Shown here: piece after piece, positions 49,417 through 60,041 of the stretch
Numbering within the stretch: position 1 is the first letter of the stretch
Layout: each line of letters starts with the position of its first letter
Assembly: GCA_045565415.1 (NCBI GenBank)
Contig: JBJLFK010000001.1
Coordinates: 1 to 60,798 of the forward strand
Origin: Alphaproteobacteria bacterium
Lineage (GTDB): Bacteria > Pseudomonadota > Alphaproteobacteria > MED-G09
Direction: 5' to 3'
Length of the DNA stretch: 60,798 bases
Made by a program: the position numbers and the translations under genes
Notes under the pieces: generated by a model
What the model was told of the DNA's origin: nothing
Databases searched by the model: none
The model's input: only the letters and a program-made list of their open reading frames with translations

Positions 49417-50211
49417 CTATATCTCGGCTGGCGAAACATAGGCTCTGCTCGTTTCAACAGTAACAAAATTAGTAATTATTTTAGCTGGATTAGATGAAAA
49501 TTTTTCGTCTTTAAGTTTATTTATTTTATTTTTAAACTCAAGATCGTTGGCATTAAATAAAATTGAATATACTTTTTTAACTTCATCTATTTCACTTTTT
49601 GAAAAATTTCTTCTACGCATTCCAACAAGATTTATACCTTCAAGATTTGCTCTATTACCTACAGCCATACCAAATGGTAATAAATCACGGGTTACTGCGG
49701 CTAATCCTCCAATAAATGAATGACAACCTATTCGACTCCATTGATGGACTGCCGCTAAACCACCCAAAATTGCCCAATCACCAACTTCAACATGTCCAGC
49801 TAATGTAGCATTATTAGCGAAAACACAATTATTTCCAACTTTACAGTCGTGAGCAATATGGGCGCCCACCATGAATAAATTGTTTTCACCGATCTCGGTA
49901 AGCATTCCCCCTTCTTTTGTTCCAGAATGCATTGTTACATGTTCACGAATTTTATTATTAGCGCCTATTATAAGCTTACCCTCCTCACTGTCATATTTTA
50001 AATCTTGAGGTTCAGATCCTATAACAGAAAAAGGCCATATTTTTGTGTTTGCACCAATAGTGGTTGATCCTGAAATACTTATGTGAGATATAAGAGTGAC
50101 ATTATCATTAATGGTTATATCGCCATCTATATTGCAATAGGGCCCTATTGAGACATTATCTCCAATTTTTACATTAGCGCTGATAATTGCTGTATCATGA
50201 ATATTTGTCAT
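49417..50211 (-). CDS. lpxA: UDP-N-acetylglucosamine acyltransferase
   Basis: Hexapeptide repeats, PQDLKY, IRE, HIAHDC, LAGHV, VHQ. Confidence 0.96.
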   Translation of the reverse strand: MTNIHDTAIISANVKIGDNVSIGPYCNIDGDITINDNVTLISHISISGSTTIGANTKIWPFSVIGSEPQDLKYDSEEGKLIIGANNKIREHVTMHSGTKEGGMLTEIGENNLFMVGAHIAHDCKVGNNCVFANNATLAGHVEVGDWAILGGLAAVHQWSRIGCHSFIGGLAAVTRDLLPFGMAVGNRANLEGINLVGMRRRNFSKSEIDEVKKVYSILFNANDLEFKNKINKLKDEKFSSNPAKIITNFVTVETSRAYVSPAEI

Positions 50212-50675
50212 TTTTTATCATCATCCAATCTTACAACCATAGCGGCAAAACTTGATTCACAAGCTAGTTGATCTTCAACAAAAGATTTTCCATAAAATTG
50301 CCAAACATCTCCTCTACTTTTTTCTTTTTGTACTTCAATTCTAATTTGATCACCTGGAGTTATAGGTTTTCTAAATCTTGCTTTATCAATTTTCATAAGA
50401 AAAACTGATAAATTTTCTGAATCTTTATTCTCATTTTCCAAAACAACAAGGCAACTGGCAGCTTGTGCCATAGCTTCGACAATTAAAACTCCTGGCATTA
50501 TTGGTCTATCAGTAAAATGACCTTGAAAAAAAGGTTCATTAATTGAAACACTCTTAATTGCAACCAAGCTATCTGAATCGTAACTCAGAATTCTATCTAC
50601 AAGTAAAAATGGGTATCTATGAGGAATTAACTTCATTACCTCTTGAGCTTTTTTTAATGGATCATCAATATTCAT
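50208..50675 (-). CDS. fabZ: 3-hydroxyacyl-ACP dehydratase
   Basis: PHRYPFLLVD, FQGHF, PGVLIVEAMAQ. Confidence 0.97.
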   Translation of the reverse strand: MNIDDPLKKAQEVMKLIPHRYPFLLVDRILSYDSDSLVAIKSVSINEPFFQGHFTDRPIMPGVLIVEAMAQAASCLVVLENENKDSENLSVFLMKIDKARFRKPITPGDQIRIEVQKEKSRGDVWQFYGKSFVEDQLACESSFAAMVVRLDDDKK

Positions 50676-50683
50676 TTTTTAAC

Positions 50684-51712
50684 CTATTTTTTAATAATTT
50701 TTTTTAAAGCAATTAACTCTTTTTTCCACACATCCATTCTTTTAACTGGCCATCCAGCCCATTTCTGCCCAGGAGGTAAATCTTTAGTGACACCTGTTTT
50801 AGCTGCAATTTGTGAACCCTTTCCAATAGTTAAATGGCCAACAGCTCCTGATTTAGCTCCCATAACTACAAAATCCTCTAAAACGGTTGAACCAGCTAAA
50901 CCAACCATTCCTGTAAGTATACAGTTTTTTCCAATTCTACAATTATGTGCTATATGAACTAAATTATCTAATTTTGTTCCTTCTCCAATAATAGTATTCT
51001 CTGAAGTACCTCTATCAATAGTGCAGTTAGCGCCTATTTCAACATCATCATGAATTTCAACTAAGCCCAATTGTGGAATTTTTTGGTGACCCGATGAAGA
51101 CATAGCAAAACCAAAACCATCTTGTCCAATGCTAGTACCGTTATGAATCTTAACATTGTCACCAATATATGAATGAGTGATTGAAACATTAGAACCAATA
51201 TAGCAATCTTTTCCTATTTTAACATTGGCTCCAATAACAGAGTTTGAGCCAATAAAAGTGTTATCACCAATTACTGCATTTTTACCAACTACAGCTCCAA
51301 ACTCAATTATAACATCTCTACCTAAAATAATGTCATCAGGAGTATCATTAGTAATATTATTTTTTTGTCCTGTAAGAAGATTAACATTTAATTCTTTTGG
51401 ATAAAATTTTTGTGATATTAAAGCAAATCCCATATATGGATCATCACATAATATTAAAGGCATATCTTTTGGAGCAAAATCAACATTAAGTTCACTTATT
51501 ACACAAGCTCCAGCTGAAGAGTTTTTTAACTCTTCCTTTAAGGCAAGGTTAGAAAAAAAAGTTATTTCGCTGTCCTTTGCATTATTTAATGATGAAATAT
51601 CGTCTATTAGAATTTCAGAATTCTCTATAGAATTTAATTTACCATTAATATGATCTGATAAAATTTTTAGCTTATAAGGGCCAGTTTTTTCAAAAAAACT
51701 CTTTTCACTCAT
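50684..51712 (-). CDS. lpxD: UDP-3-O-acylglucosamine N-acyltransferase
   Basis: Hexapeptide repeats, [27 protein letters not shown]. Confidence 0.96.
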   Translation of the reverse strand: MSEKSFFEKTGPYKLKILSDHINGKLNSIENSEILIDDISSLNNAKDSEITFFSNLALKEELKNSSAGACVISELNVDFAPKDMPLILCDDPYMGFALISQKFYPKELNVNLLTGQKNNITNDTPDDIILGRDVIIEFGAVVGKNAVIGDNTFIGSNSVIGANVKIGKDCYIGSNVSITHSYIGDNVKIHNGTSIGQDGFGFAMSSSGHQKIPQLGLVEIHDDVEIGANCTIDRGTSENTIIGEGTKLDNLVHIAHNCRIGKNCILTGMVGLAGSTVLEDFVVMGAKSGAVGHLTIGKGSQIAAKTGVTKDLPPGQKWAGWPVKRMDVWKKELIALKKIIKK

Positions 51713-51723
51713 AAGTAATAGTT

Positions 51724-52263
51724 TTAATCCTGATCAACAGTAACATCTATCTTTGGAAGTCTTTTATTTAATTTTTTAATAACTTCTGCAGATACATCTA
51801 ATTTAGGGTCAGCGAATAATAAGGATTGCCTCTCAAGAAGCATTTTAGCGCCCTTTTCATTAACAATTTCAGTTAAAATTGGACTAATTACTGAGTCAAT
51901 AGAATTTGAGGCCCTTTGAATGGCTTGCTGAATTTTTTGAAGCCTAACATTTAATTCATTTTGTTTTTCTTCGGCTTCTTTTCTTAATTCATCAGCCCTT
52001 TCCTGAAATACATCTGGAGACAGAAGAGTTCTTTCATCTTCAAGCTTTTTTCCTTTATCTTGAAGAGATTTAGTTATTTCATCTCTAAGCTTAATAATCT
52101 CACTATTTAGCTCTTCACTTTGTTCTCTAAGAGAGGAACCCGCTTTAGATTGCCCAACAATATACTGTAGATTAATAAAAAGTATATCTTCTGAAGCTGA
52201 TAGTTTTTCACTAAAACTCAATAAGAATACTGCTGATAAAGCTATAATAAAATATTTTTTCAT
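51724..52263 (-). CDS. skp: Periplasmic chaperone Skp/OmpH
   Basis: Signal peptide, long coiled coil, [11 protein letters not shown]; between bamA and lpxD; GGAGGAG RBS. Confidence 0.88.
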   Translation of the reverse strand: MKKYFIIALSAVFLLSFSEKLSASEDILFINLQYIVGQSKAGSSLREQSEELNSEIIKLRDEITKSLQDKGKKLEDERTLLSPDVFQERADELRKEAEEKQNELNVRLQKIQQAIQRASNSIDSVISPILTEIVNEKGAKMLLERQSLLFADPKLDVSAEVIKKLNKRLPKIDVTVDQD

Positions 52264-52377
52264 AATGTCTCCTCCAGATAATTACGAATTGCAAGATAAC
52301 TATAGAATTTCCTTAAATCAATCATTAAAAATATTCAAATGAATATATGTTACAACAAGTTACTATTCTAAATATTA

Positions 52378-54844
52378 TTAGAATCTTGTTCCACCGCTAA
52401 ATCTAAAGAATTTAGCATCATCATAGTCTTCACTAACTACAGCTCTTCCAATATCAAAACGAATAGGTCCAAAAGGTGAATTCCAGTTAAGTGTTACACC
52501 AACGGTAGCTCTGAAAGTTGCATCATCAACAAATCTAGTACATAAAGTCCCGTAAATTTCATTTAAACCTGCGCTATCATTTCTACATGCTGCATCAACA
52601 GCAGAATAATTTTGGTTAAGTAATTCCGATAGATTATAAAATGGACTACTAATATCTCCCATCAACTCTTGGGCTCTATAGGTATTTAAAACTCTATCCT
52701 CATCATCGTTTTTTCCTATGATACCAAAATCAGTAAATAGAGCAGTTCTAAGACCAAACTCATCAGGTAAACCCAATGGAACTGTCACCTCAAGTGTACC
52801 AATAGCAAAAAACTCTGCTCCTCTAGGGCGATCAGTAATCTTCTCTTTTGGGCCTACTCCAGCTCTATCAAATCCTCTAAAAGTATTTCCACCTTTAAAA
52901 AATCTGTCGTTAATTCTTAAATCATTACTACCATAATTATATATATAACCTGCATTTGCTCCTGCGCTTAAAACCCAATCACGAGCTATTTCATAATAAT
53001 ATCTTCCTCCAAGGCTTGATCTAATGTATTCAGAATCACCACCTAGGCCTGCAATATCTTGGCCAAAAGAAAATGTCCATCCACGAGTTGTATCAATTGG
53101 ATCATCTCTTGTATCAATAACATAACTATATCCAATTTCCGATTTGTTGGCATTATAGTCATCAGCTAAATTATAACCACTTTGGAAAAAATAACTTGAG
53201 ATCTCCTCTTTTAAGTATCTATAAAATACCGAAAGACTTGCATATTCAGCCATAGGCCAAACAGCTCTTATTGATGCACCTGATTGAGTAGACCGATAAG
53301 ATGAATATCTTCTGTAATCATTATCAATATGAAAAATATCAAAACCAGCAGTTAGTCTTCTGCCTAAAAAATAAGGTTGAGTAAAACCTATTTCAAATTG
53401 TTTTCTTCTTTCTGATGTAGATATGTTCAAACGAACTGACTGACCTCTGCCCAATAAATTTCTTTCTGAAATTCCTATTTCTAATAATAAGCTTTCGGCT
53501 GAGGAAAAGCCTGCTCCTAGACTTAACTCACCTGTAGGTTGTTCTTCAACCTCAAAATCAACAATCATCCTGTCTTCTTCAGTACCAGGCCTGATGGATG
53601 TTTCAACCTCTCTAAAATAACCTAGGGATTTTATCTTAGTTTCTGATCTATCAATTAAAACTTTATTATATGAATCTCCTTCAGAAACCCTTAACTCACG
53701 TCTTATCACCTCGTCCCTAGTTCTTGTGTTTTCATTGATATTAATCTTTTCAATATAAACTCTTGGCCCTTCATCAATAGAGTAGACAATGTCAACAATG
53801 CCTTCTTCTCTCTTTCTTCTAACTCTAGGCCTTACCTCAGCAGAAGCATAACCCTCTTCTCCAACAGCTAAAGTTAATGCATCTACTGTAATATCAATAT
53901 CTGTAGCTTTGTACTGATTACCTTTTCTATGCTCAATAAGATACAACAGTTCATCTGTATCCATATTTTCAAGAGAACTCTCAATAGAAGATTCTCCGAA
54001 TTCATAAACCTGACCTTCATCTAAAACAAATGTTATTACAAAGTTATTGCCATCTTTAGTTAACTCAGCAACAGCAGATACAACTTGAAAGTCAGCATAA
54101 CCCTCATCTAAATAAAATTTTCTAATTTGCTCTCTATCATAAGCTAATTTATCTGGATCATATGAATCATCTGAAGAGAAAAAAACGCCACCATTTTGAC
54201 TCTTTTGTTACTAATTGACTTTTTAATTTTCTGTCACGGAAACTTCTATTTCCTAGAAAGTTAATTGAAGAAACGCCTGTAGTTGGACCTTCAATTATTT
54301 CAAAAATAAGATCAATCCTATTTTGAGGTTGCCTAATAACCTTAGGCTCAATAAAGGCAGAAAATCTTCCTGATCTTCTATATAGCTCTATTAATCTTTG
54401 AACATCAGCTTGTACCTTTGATCTGGTATAAACAGATCTTGGGCCTAATTCAATCTCCTCTTCAAATTTATCATCTTTAAGGGCGCTATTCCCCTCAAAA
54501 TCAATACGATTAATTATTGGATTCTCAATAACAAAAACTATTAAACCTGAATTCTCATATCTGATAGCAACATCAGCAAATAATCCTGTGTTGAAAAGAA
54601 TCTTTAAAGATCTATCTACCTCCGCATCATCATAAAGGTCACCAGGTTTCACGGTCATATAGGACTTTATTGTATCTGATTCAATTCTTTGAGATCCTCT
54701 GACCTCAATAAACATAATTCTCTCATATATTTGTGATGATTGAATGGATTGATTATTAGTCGTTTCCTGAGCGTATATTATTGATGAAAATACAGAAAAC
54801 AAAAGTAAAGATTTTATAAATACTGCCAGATTGTATTTAAACAT
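52378..54844 (-). CDS. bamA: Outer membrane protein assembly factor BamA, interrupted by a 1-nt frameshift (ORFs 54167-54868 and 52378-53964 are its halves)
   Basis: POTRA motifs (GSQRIE, LFNTGLF, ENPIIN, RRELR), barrel FRGF, SPFGP, terminal Phe; removing one base from the A7 run at 54179-54185 gives ...KWWRFFSSDDSYDPDKL... and an ~821-aa ORF. Confidence 0.93.
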
Positions 54845-54873
54845 ATCGATCCTTCTTTTCTTATACAAAAATT

Positions 54874-55998
54874 TTATAATCGACTTATATCAAGAAAAGT
54901 AACAAATATCATCAAAGCAATTAAAAGACTCATTCCAATTTGCATGCCTATTTCTTGTGTTTTCTGACTAAGAGGCTTTCCTCTCAGAACTTCAAAGGAA
55001 TAATAGAGTAAATGCCCTCCATCTAATACCGGGATAGGTAAAAGATTAATTATTCCTAAATTTACTGAAATAGCTGCAATTAAGGCTAATAATGGTATAA
55101 TGCCATAATTAGATATTTCACCAGAAATTTGTATAATTTTTATTGGCCCGCCCATTTGATCAATGGATTCTCTACCTGCAATTAACTTTCCTAGATAACT
55201 TAAAATTTTTGTAGAAAGATTGTATGTCTCATATGTTCCACGATAAATAGAGGAAATAAAGCCATATTTTTTTAACTCAATGTGCTCAGGTTTTTGGCTA
55301 CCAATTACTCCAATTCTAGCGCTTGAATAGTTATTCCCAAATCTATCCTTAGCAGAAATAACCTCGGGCGTTAAAAATATTTTTTTCTCTATTCCATCTC
55401 TTAAAATTGTTAATTCGATTTCATTTTTAGGATTTTCAAGCACATAATCTCTTAAGTTATTAAAATATAAAATTTCTTTATTATCGGCATAAATAATTTC
55501 ATCGCCTGCTTCCAATCCTGAGTTATAAGCTGGAGATTCATCAACAATTTGACCTACATATGGCTGAACAAGGCTCTCACCTCGAAAAAAGAAAATAATT
55601 GAAAAAATAAAAATTGCTAAAATAAAGTTAAATAATGGTCCTGCAGCAGTAGTTGCAATTTTTTTCCAAACTGATTTATTGTGAAAATTCATATCATCTT
55701 TGATATTTTCAGATACTTCTGATTTTTTTCCGGAGGGGTCTTCGTCACCGCAAAATTTTACATAACCACCAATTGGAAGAATAGCTATTCTCCATAGAGT
55801 TCCAGATTTATCTTTTTTTCCCCAAACCTGTTTTCCCATTCCAATTGAAAATGTTTCAACACCAATACCACACCATCTTCCAACAGAGTAATGACCTAAT
55901 TCATGAATAAAAACGACAACAGTTATTAATAGCGCAAAAGCCAAAAAATACTGTATGGCGGTTGGTAAGTAATTAATTATTAATTGAATTATATCCAT
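54874..55998 (-). CDS. rseP: Site-2 protease RseP
   Basis: HELGH zinc motif, PIGGYVK, AAGP, PDZ domain, NLLPIPVLDGGH. Confidence 0.96.
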   Translation of the reverse strand: MDIIQLIINYLPTAIQYFLAFALLITVVVFIHELGHYSVGRWCGIGVETFSIGMGKQVWGKKDKSGTLWRIAILPIGGYVKFCGDEDPSGKKSEVSENIKDDMNFHNKSVWKKIATTAAGPLFNFILAIFIFSIIFFFRGESLVQPYVGQIVDESPAYNSGLEAGDEIIYADNKEILYFNNLRDYVLENPKNEIELTILRDGIEKKIFLTPEVISAKDRFGNNYSSARIGVIGSQKPEHIELKKYGFISSIYRGTYETYNLSTKILSYLGKLIAGRESIDQMGGPIKIIQISGEISNYGIIPLLALIAAISVNLGIINLLPIPVLDGGHLLYYSFEVLRGKPLSQKTQEIGMQIGMSLLIALMIFVTFLDISRL

Positions 55999-57180
55999 TT
56001 AAATTCTTAATTTAATAAGTTCCTCTGTTTTTTGTCTTGTTAGGCTGTCTAAATATAAAATATTATCAATATTATCTCTATAATTTATAGCTTCATTTCC
56101 TAATAGTTTCGAAACATATTCTATAGATTCTTCAACTACAACCAAAATATCTATGAATCTAATCTTTTTATCAAGAAAAGCTTTTACAGCAACTTCATTG
56201 GAAGAATTAAGAATTATACATTTTTCTTTATCATCACCTTTTAAAACTGATCTAACAAGCTTTAAAGCTTGGTATTCTTCTTCATTAACTGCTTCAAATG
56301 ATAGGTTGTTTAGTGATTCAACATTCATTTTTTGACTTTTATTATTATAGTTATTTGGATAGAAAATACCGTATTTTAGAGGATGAGTCATATCTGGATA
56401 TCCAAAAGCAGCCAAAAAAGTGTTATCTTCAAATGAAACTATTCCGTGAGCTATTGACTGTCTATGAATAACAACTTTGATTTTATTTTCATCTAAATTA
56501 AACAAATGTTTTGCTTCAATTATTTCTAAGCCTTTATTCATTAAAGTAGCTGAATCTACTGATATTTTCTTTCCCATGACCCAATTTGGATTTTTAATAG
56601 CATCATCAACTTTAACTTTTAAAAGCTCATCATTAGAATACTTATAAAAAGGACCTCCCGAAGCTGTAAGATATATATCCTTTACAACATTATTCGTATT
56701 TTCAAGAATTTGAAAAATAGCGCTATGTTCGCTATCTAAAGGTAAAATTTGAGTTTTATATTTATTTGCTTCATTCATTATTAAAGTTCCGGCTGAAACA
56801 AAGCACTCTTTATTTGCAATACAAACTTTTTTAGAGCTTTTAATAGACTCAAGTAAAGGAGGAAGACCTGCTAACCCCACTATTCCTGCTATAACTATAT
56901 CTACGCTAACTTTTGCACATTCTAGTAGACCATCATCACCAATATAGTATTCTACTTCATCATAATTAATTTTGTTTTTCACTTGTTCTAAATCAGACTC
57001 ATTGGCAAAACATATAGCTTCAGCATTAAATTCATTTGCCAATGAAGCAAGATCATCAATATTTTTATATCCTGTTAAAATTTTTACATCAAATATTTCT
57101 TTATTTTCTCTTAAAATATTAAGAGTTGTCATGCCAACTGATCCTGTAGAGCCAAATATAGATATTGTTTTTTTTGTCAT
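55999..57180 (-). CDS. dxr: 1-deoxy-D-xylulose 5-phosphate reductoisomerase
   Basis: GSTGSVG, ANKE, DSEHSA, TASGGPF, WVMGKKISVDSATLMNKGLE. Confidence 0.96.
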   Translation of the reverse strand: MTKKTISIFGSTGSVGMTTLNILRENKEIFDVKILTGYKNIDDLASLANEFNAEAICFANESDLEQVKNKINYDEVEYYIGDDGLLECAKVSVDIVIAGIVGLAGLPPLLESIKSSKKVCIANKECFVSAGTLIMNEANKYKTQILPLDSEHSAIFQILENTNNVVKDIYLTASGGPFYKYSNDELLKVKVDDAIKNPNWVMGKKISVDSATLMNKGLEIIEAKHLFNLDENKIKVVIHRQSIAHGIVSFEDNTFLAAFGYPDMTHPLKYGIFYPNNYNNKSQKMNVESLNNLSFEAVNEEEYQALKLVRSVLKGDDKEKCIILNSSNEVAVKAFLDKKIRFIDILVVVEESIEYVSKLLGNEAINYRDNIDNILYLDSLTRQKTEELIKLRI

Positions 57181-57184
57181 AATA

Positions 57185-57991
57185 TTATCCTAAAATAATT
57201 TTGATAGGATTATCTAATTGACCCATTACGATTGTCATAGGCAATAGAATAAAGAAAACACTTATAATGCTATCTGCTCTGTCAAAAAGTCCTCCATGAC
57301 CAGGTAAAATAACTCCTGAATCTTTAAGGTTTGTTTTTCTTTTAAGATAAGAAATTAATAGATCACCGGTAACTGAAAAAACTACGATAATTAGACCAAT
57401 TAAAATGAAAGTAATTGGCTGATGAAGTGAATAAATCAGAGATAGCATTGAAAACCATAGGGTGCCTAAAGTTATTGATGCAATAAAACCAGAATAAGTT
57501 TTTTTGGGAGATATCTTTTTGAAAATTTTTGGTCCAGAAAAATATTTCCCAAATACATAACCAGAAGTATCAGAAATCATAATAGTTGAAATAATTAATA
57601 GTATCATAAGTAATCCATTTTCAAAATTCCTTATATATTCTAAAAAACAGAAGCTAGTTAAGACATATATGAAACCGAAGCAAGACCAAAAAGCAGAAAT
57701 ACTAAAGTAAGCAGAAAAAGATGAAATTATTATTGATCCAGATATTATAAATAATAAATCTAAAGCCGAATAACCATCAGTAAAATAAACAAAAGATGAA
57801 AAAACTAAAGCAATAAGGCCTCTAATAATCCACTGAGCTTGAGAGATAATTCTCATCCATTCGAAGAAAAGAATAGCCGAAAGAAAAAAAATAAATATTT
57901 TTAAATGAAAATGACCAAGATAAAGCGCTAGAAAGCTAAAAAAAGCTAATCCAGCTGCTGTAAAAGACCTTATTTTAAAATCTGAAAACAT
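57185..57991 (-). CDS. cdsA: Phosphatidate cytidylyltransferase
   Basis: Polytopic membrane protein; SDTSGY, ISPKKT, GDL..SYLKR..KDSG..LPGHGGLFDRADS. Confidence 0.93.
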   Translation of the reverse strand: MFSDFKIRSFTAAGLAFFSFLALYLGHFHLKIFIFFLSAILFFEWMRIISQAQWIIRGLIALVFSSFVYFTDGYSALDLLFIISGSIIISSFSAYFSISAFWSCFGFIYVLTSFCFLEYIRNFENGLLMILLIISTIMISDTSGYVFGKYFSGPKIFKKISPKKTYSGFIASITLGTLWFSMLSLIYSLHQPITFILIGLIIVVFSVTGDLLISYLKRKTNLKDSGVILPGHGGLFDRADSIISVFFILLPMTIVMGQLDNPIKIILG

Positions 57992-58735
57992 TTATCTATA
58001 CTCATTAAGGACATTTCCAAATCTTCTTGATCTACTTTTATAATCACTAATTGCAATATCTAACTTATTTTTATCAAAATCTGGCCATAAACATTCTTCG
58101 AAATAGACTTCTGAATAAGATAATTGCCATAATAGGAAGTTAGATATTCTTTTTTCTGAACCAGTTCTAATAATTAAATCTGGGTCAGGCACACCCGCAG
58201 AATATAAATTGTTCTCAAAAATTTTATTGTCAATCTTATTTGGATCGATCTCACCTTTAGAGGAAGCAATAGCAATTTTTTTTGTAGCATTTATAATTTC
58301 TTGTCTCCCACTATAATTAAAAGCTATCTGAAGATACAAACCAGTATTATTAACAGTAAGTGATTCCGCTCCCTTAATTAGATCAACAATATCTTTCGGA
58401 ATCTCACTTCTACTTCCTATTACTCTTATTCTAACATTATTATTATGTAATTCAGATAGATCATTTGAAATGAACTTTCTTAATAACTGCATTAATTTTG
58501 ATGTTTCTTCTTTCGGCCTCTTCCAATTATCAATTGAAAAAGTAAATAAGGTTAAATAATCTAATTTTGAATATTTCAGATCACGAAGTAATTTTCTTAG
58601 TGTTCTTAATCCCTGAGCATGGCCCTCGTATCTAGGCAATCCTCGAGATTTAGCCCACCTTCCATTACCATCCATGATTAAAGCAATATGTGTAATTTGT
58701 TTTTCTATTTCATTTTTAGAGGAATGATTTATCAT
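57992..58735 (-). CDS. uppS: Undecaprenyl diphosphate synthase
   Basis: HIALIMDGNGRWA, FSIDNWKRP, DPDLIIRTGSEKRISNFLLWQ. Confidence 0.96.
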   Translation of the reverse strand: MINHSSKNEIEKQITHIALIMDGNGRWAKSRGLPRYEGHAQGLRTLRKLLRDLKYSKLDYLTLFTFSIDNWKRPKEETSKLMQLLRKFISNDLSELHNNNVRIRVIGSRSEIPKDIVDLIKGAESLTVNNTGLYLQIAFNYSGRQEIINATKKIAIASSKGEIDPNKIDNKIFENNLYSAGVPDPDLIIRTGSEKRISNFLLWQLSYSEVYFEECLWPDFDKNKLDIAISDYKSRSRRFGNVLNEYR

Positions 58736-58740
58736 AAAAC

Positions 58741-59298
58741 TTAAACTTGTCGAATTTCATTTTCTTTTTGAGACAACATTTCATCTATTTTCTTTATATA
58801 GTCATCTGTAAGTTCTTGGACCTCAATAGATAAATCAACAGCTCTATCTTTTCCTATAGTTCCATCTTTTTCAATTTTTTTTATTTCATCCATTCCATCT
58901 CTTCTAACATTTCGTATTGCTACACGAGATTGCTCTGCATATTTACCCGCAATCTTAGAGAGCTCTTCTCTCCTTTCTTCGTTAAGTTCGGGTATTGGGA
59001 TCCTTATTAATTCTCCATCAGTCTGTGGATTTAATCCTAGACCAGATTCATGAATAGCTTTTTCAACTGCTATGACTAATCCTTTATCCCAAACTTGAAC
59101 TGATATCATTCTTGCTTCTGGTACAGAAATACTACCTACTTGATCAATGGGCATTTTTTGTCCATACGCATCAACTAAAATACCATCAACCATATTAGTT
59201 GATGCTCTTCCAGTTCTTAAGCCAGCTAAATCGCCATTAAATGAATTAATGGCACCATCCATTCTTTTAACTAGATCATCTTTATTTATTTCGTTCAT
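58741..59298 (-). CDS. frr: Ribosome recycling factor
   Basis: [28 protein letters not shown]. Confidence 0.97.
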   Translation of the reverse strand: MNEINKDDLVKRMDGAINSFNGDLAGLRTGRASTNMVDGILVDAYGQKMPIDQVGSISVPEARMISVQVWDKGLVIAVEKAIHESGLGLNPQTDGELIRIPIPELNEERREELSKIAGKYAEQSRVAIRNVRRDGMDEIKKIEKDGTIGKDRAVDLSIEVQELTDDYIKKIDEMLSQKENEIRQV

Positions 59299-59300
59299 TA

Positions 59301-60017
59301 CTACCCCTCAACTACTGAACAACTACCTTTACCTTTTAAGATATTCAAAAAACCATTATTTTCTTTAATGGAAAAAACTATTATCGGTATATTATTCTCC
59401 CTTGCAAGAGAAACAGCTGAAGAGTCCAATACTCGCAAATTTTTTGATAAAACCTCACCGTAAGTTATTTTTTTAAATTTAATTGCTTCACTGTATTTAA
59501 TGGGGTCTTTATTATATATGCCATCAACCTTTGTTCCTTTGAAAATTGCATCACACTCCATTTCGCTAGCTCTAAGTGCAGCAGCTGTATCTGTTGTAAA
59601 ATATGGATTTCCTGTACCTGCAGCAAATATAACAATTCTATTCTTTTCCATATGCCTAATGGCTCTTCTTCTTGTATAAGTTTCGCAAACTTCAGTCATT
59701 GAAATCGCTGATTGAATCCTTGTTTGAAAACCTAACCTTTCAAGAGAGTTCTGCATTGCTAATGAATTCATTACAGTGGCTAACATACCCATATAGTCAG
59801 CGCTAGTTCTATCCATTCCAGCTGCAGCTCCGGATAACCCTCTAAAAATATTACCAGCTCCAATGACTAGGCAGACTTCTATTCCTAACTTACAAACTTG
59901 TGAAATTTCTTTAGCTACTCTATCTACGGTAGAAACATCTATCCCATATGAACCAACACCCATTAAAGATTCTCCAGATATCTTTAGAAGAACTCTTTTT
60001 AATTTAGTTGCATTCAT
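59301..60017 (-). CDS. pyrH: UMP kinase
   Basis: [36 protein letters not shown]. Confidence 0.97.
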   Translation of the reverse strand: MNATKLKRVLLKISGESLMGVGSYGIDVSTVDRVAKEISQVCKLGIEVCLVIGAGNIFRGLSGAAAGMDRTSADYMGMLATVMNSLAMQNSLERLGFQTRIQSAISMTEVCETYTRRRAIRHMEKNRIVIFAAGTGNPYFTTDTAAALRASEMECDAIFKGTKVDGIYNKDPIKYSEAIKFKKITYGEVLSKNLRVLDSSAVSLARENNIPIIVFSIKENNGFLNILKGKGSCSVVEG

Positions 60018-60041
60018 TAAGACTCCATTTTATTTGTCAAA

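Noticed and set aside
54167-54868. Separate POTRA-only gene plus a truncated bamA
   Set aside because: The intervening 53965-54166 sequence encodes continuous POTRA sequence, so this is one gene with a one-base indel
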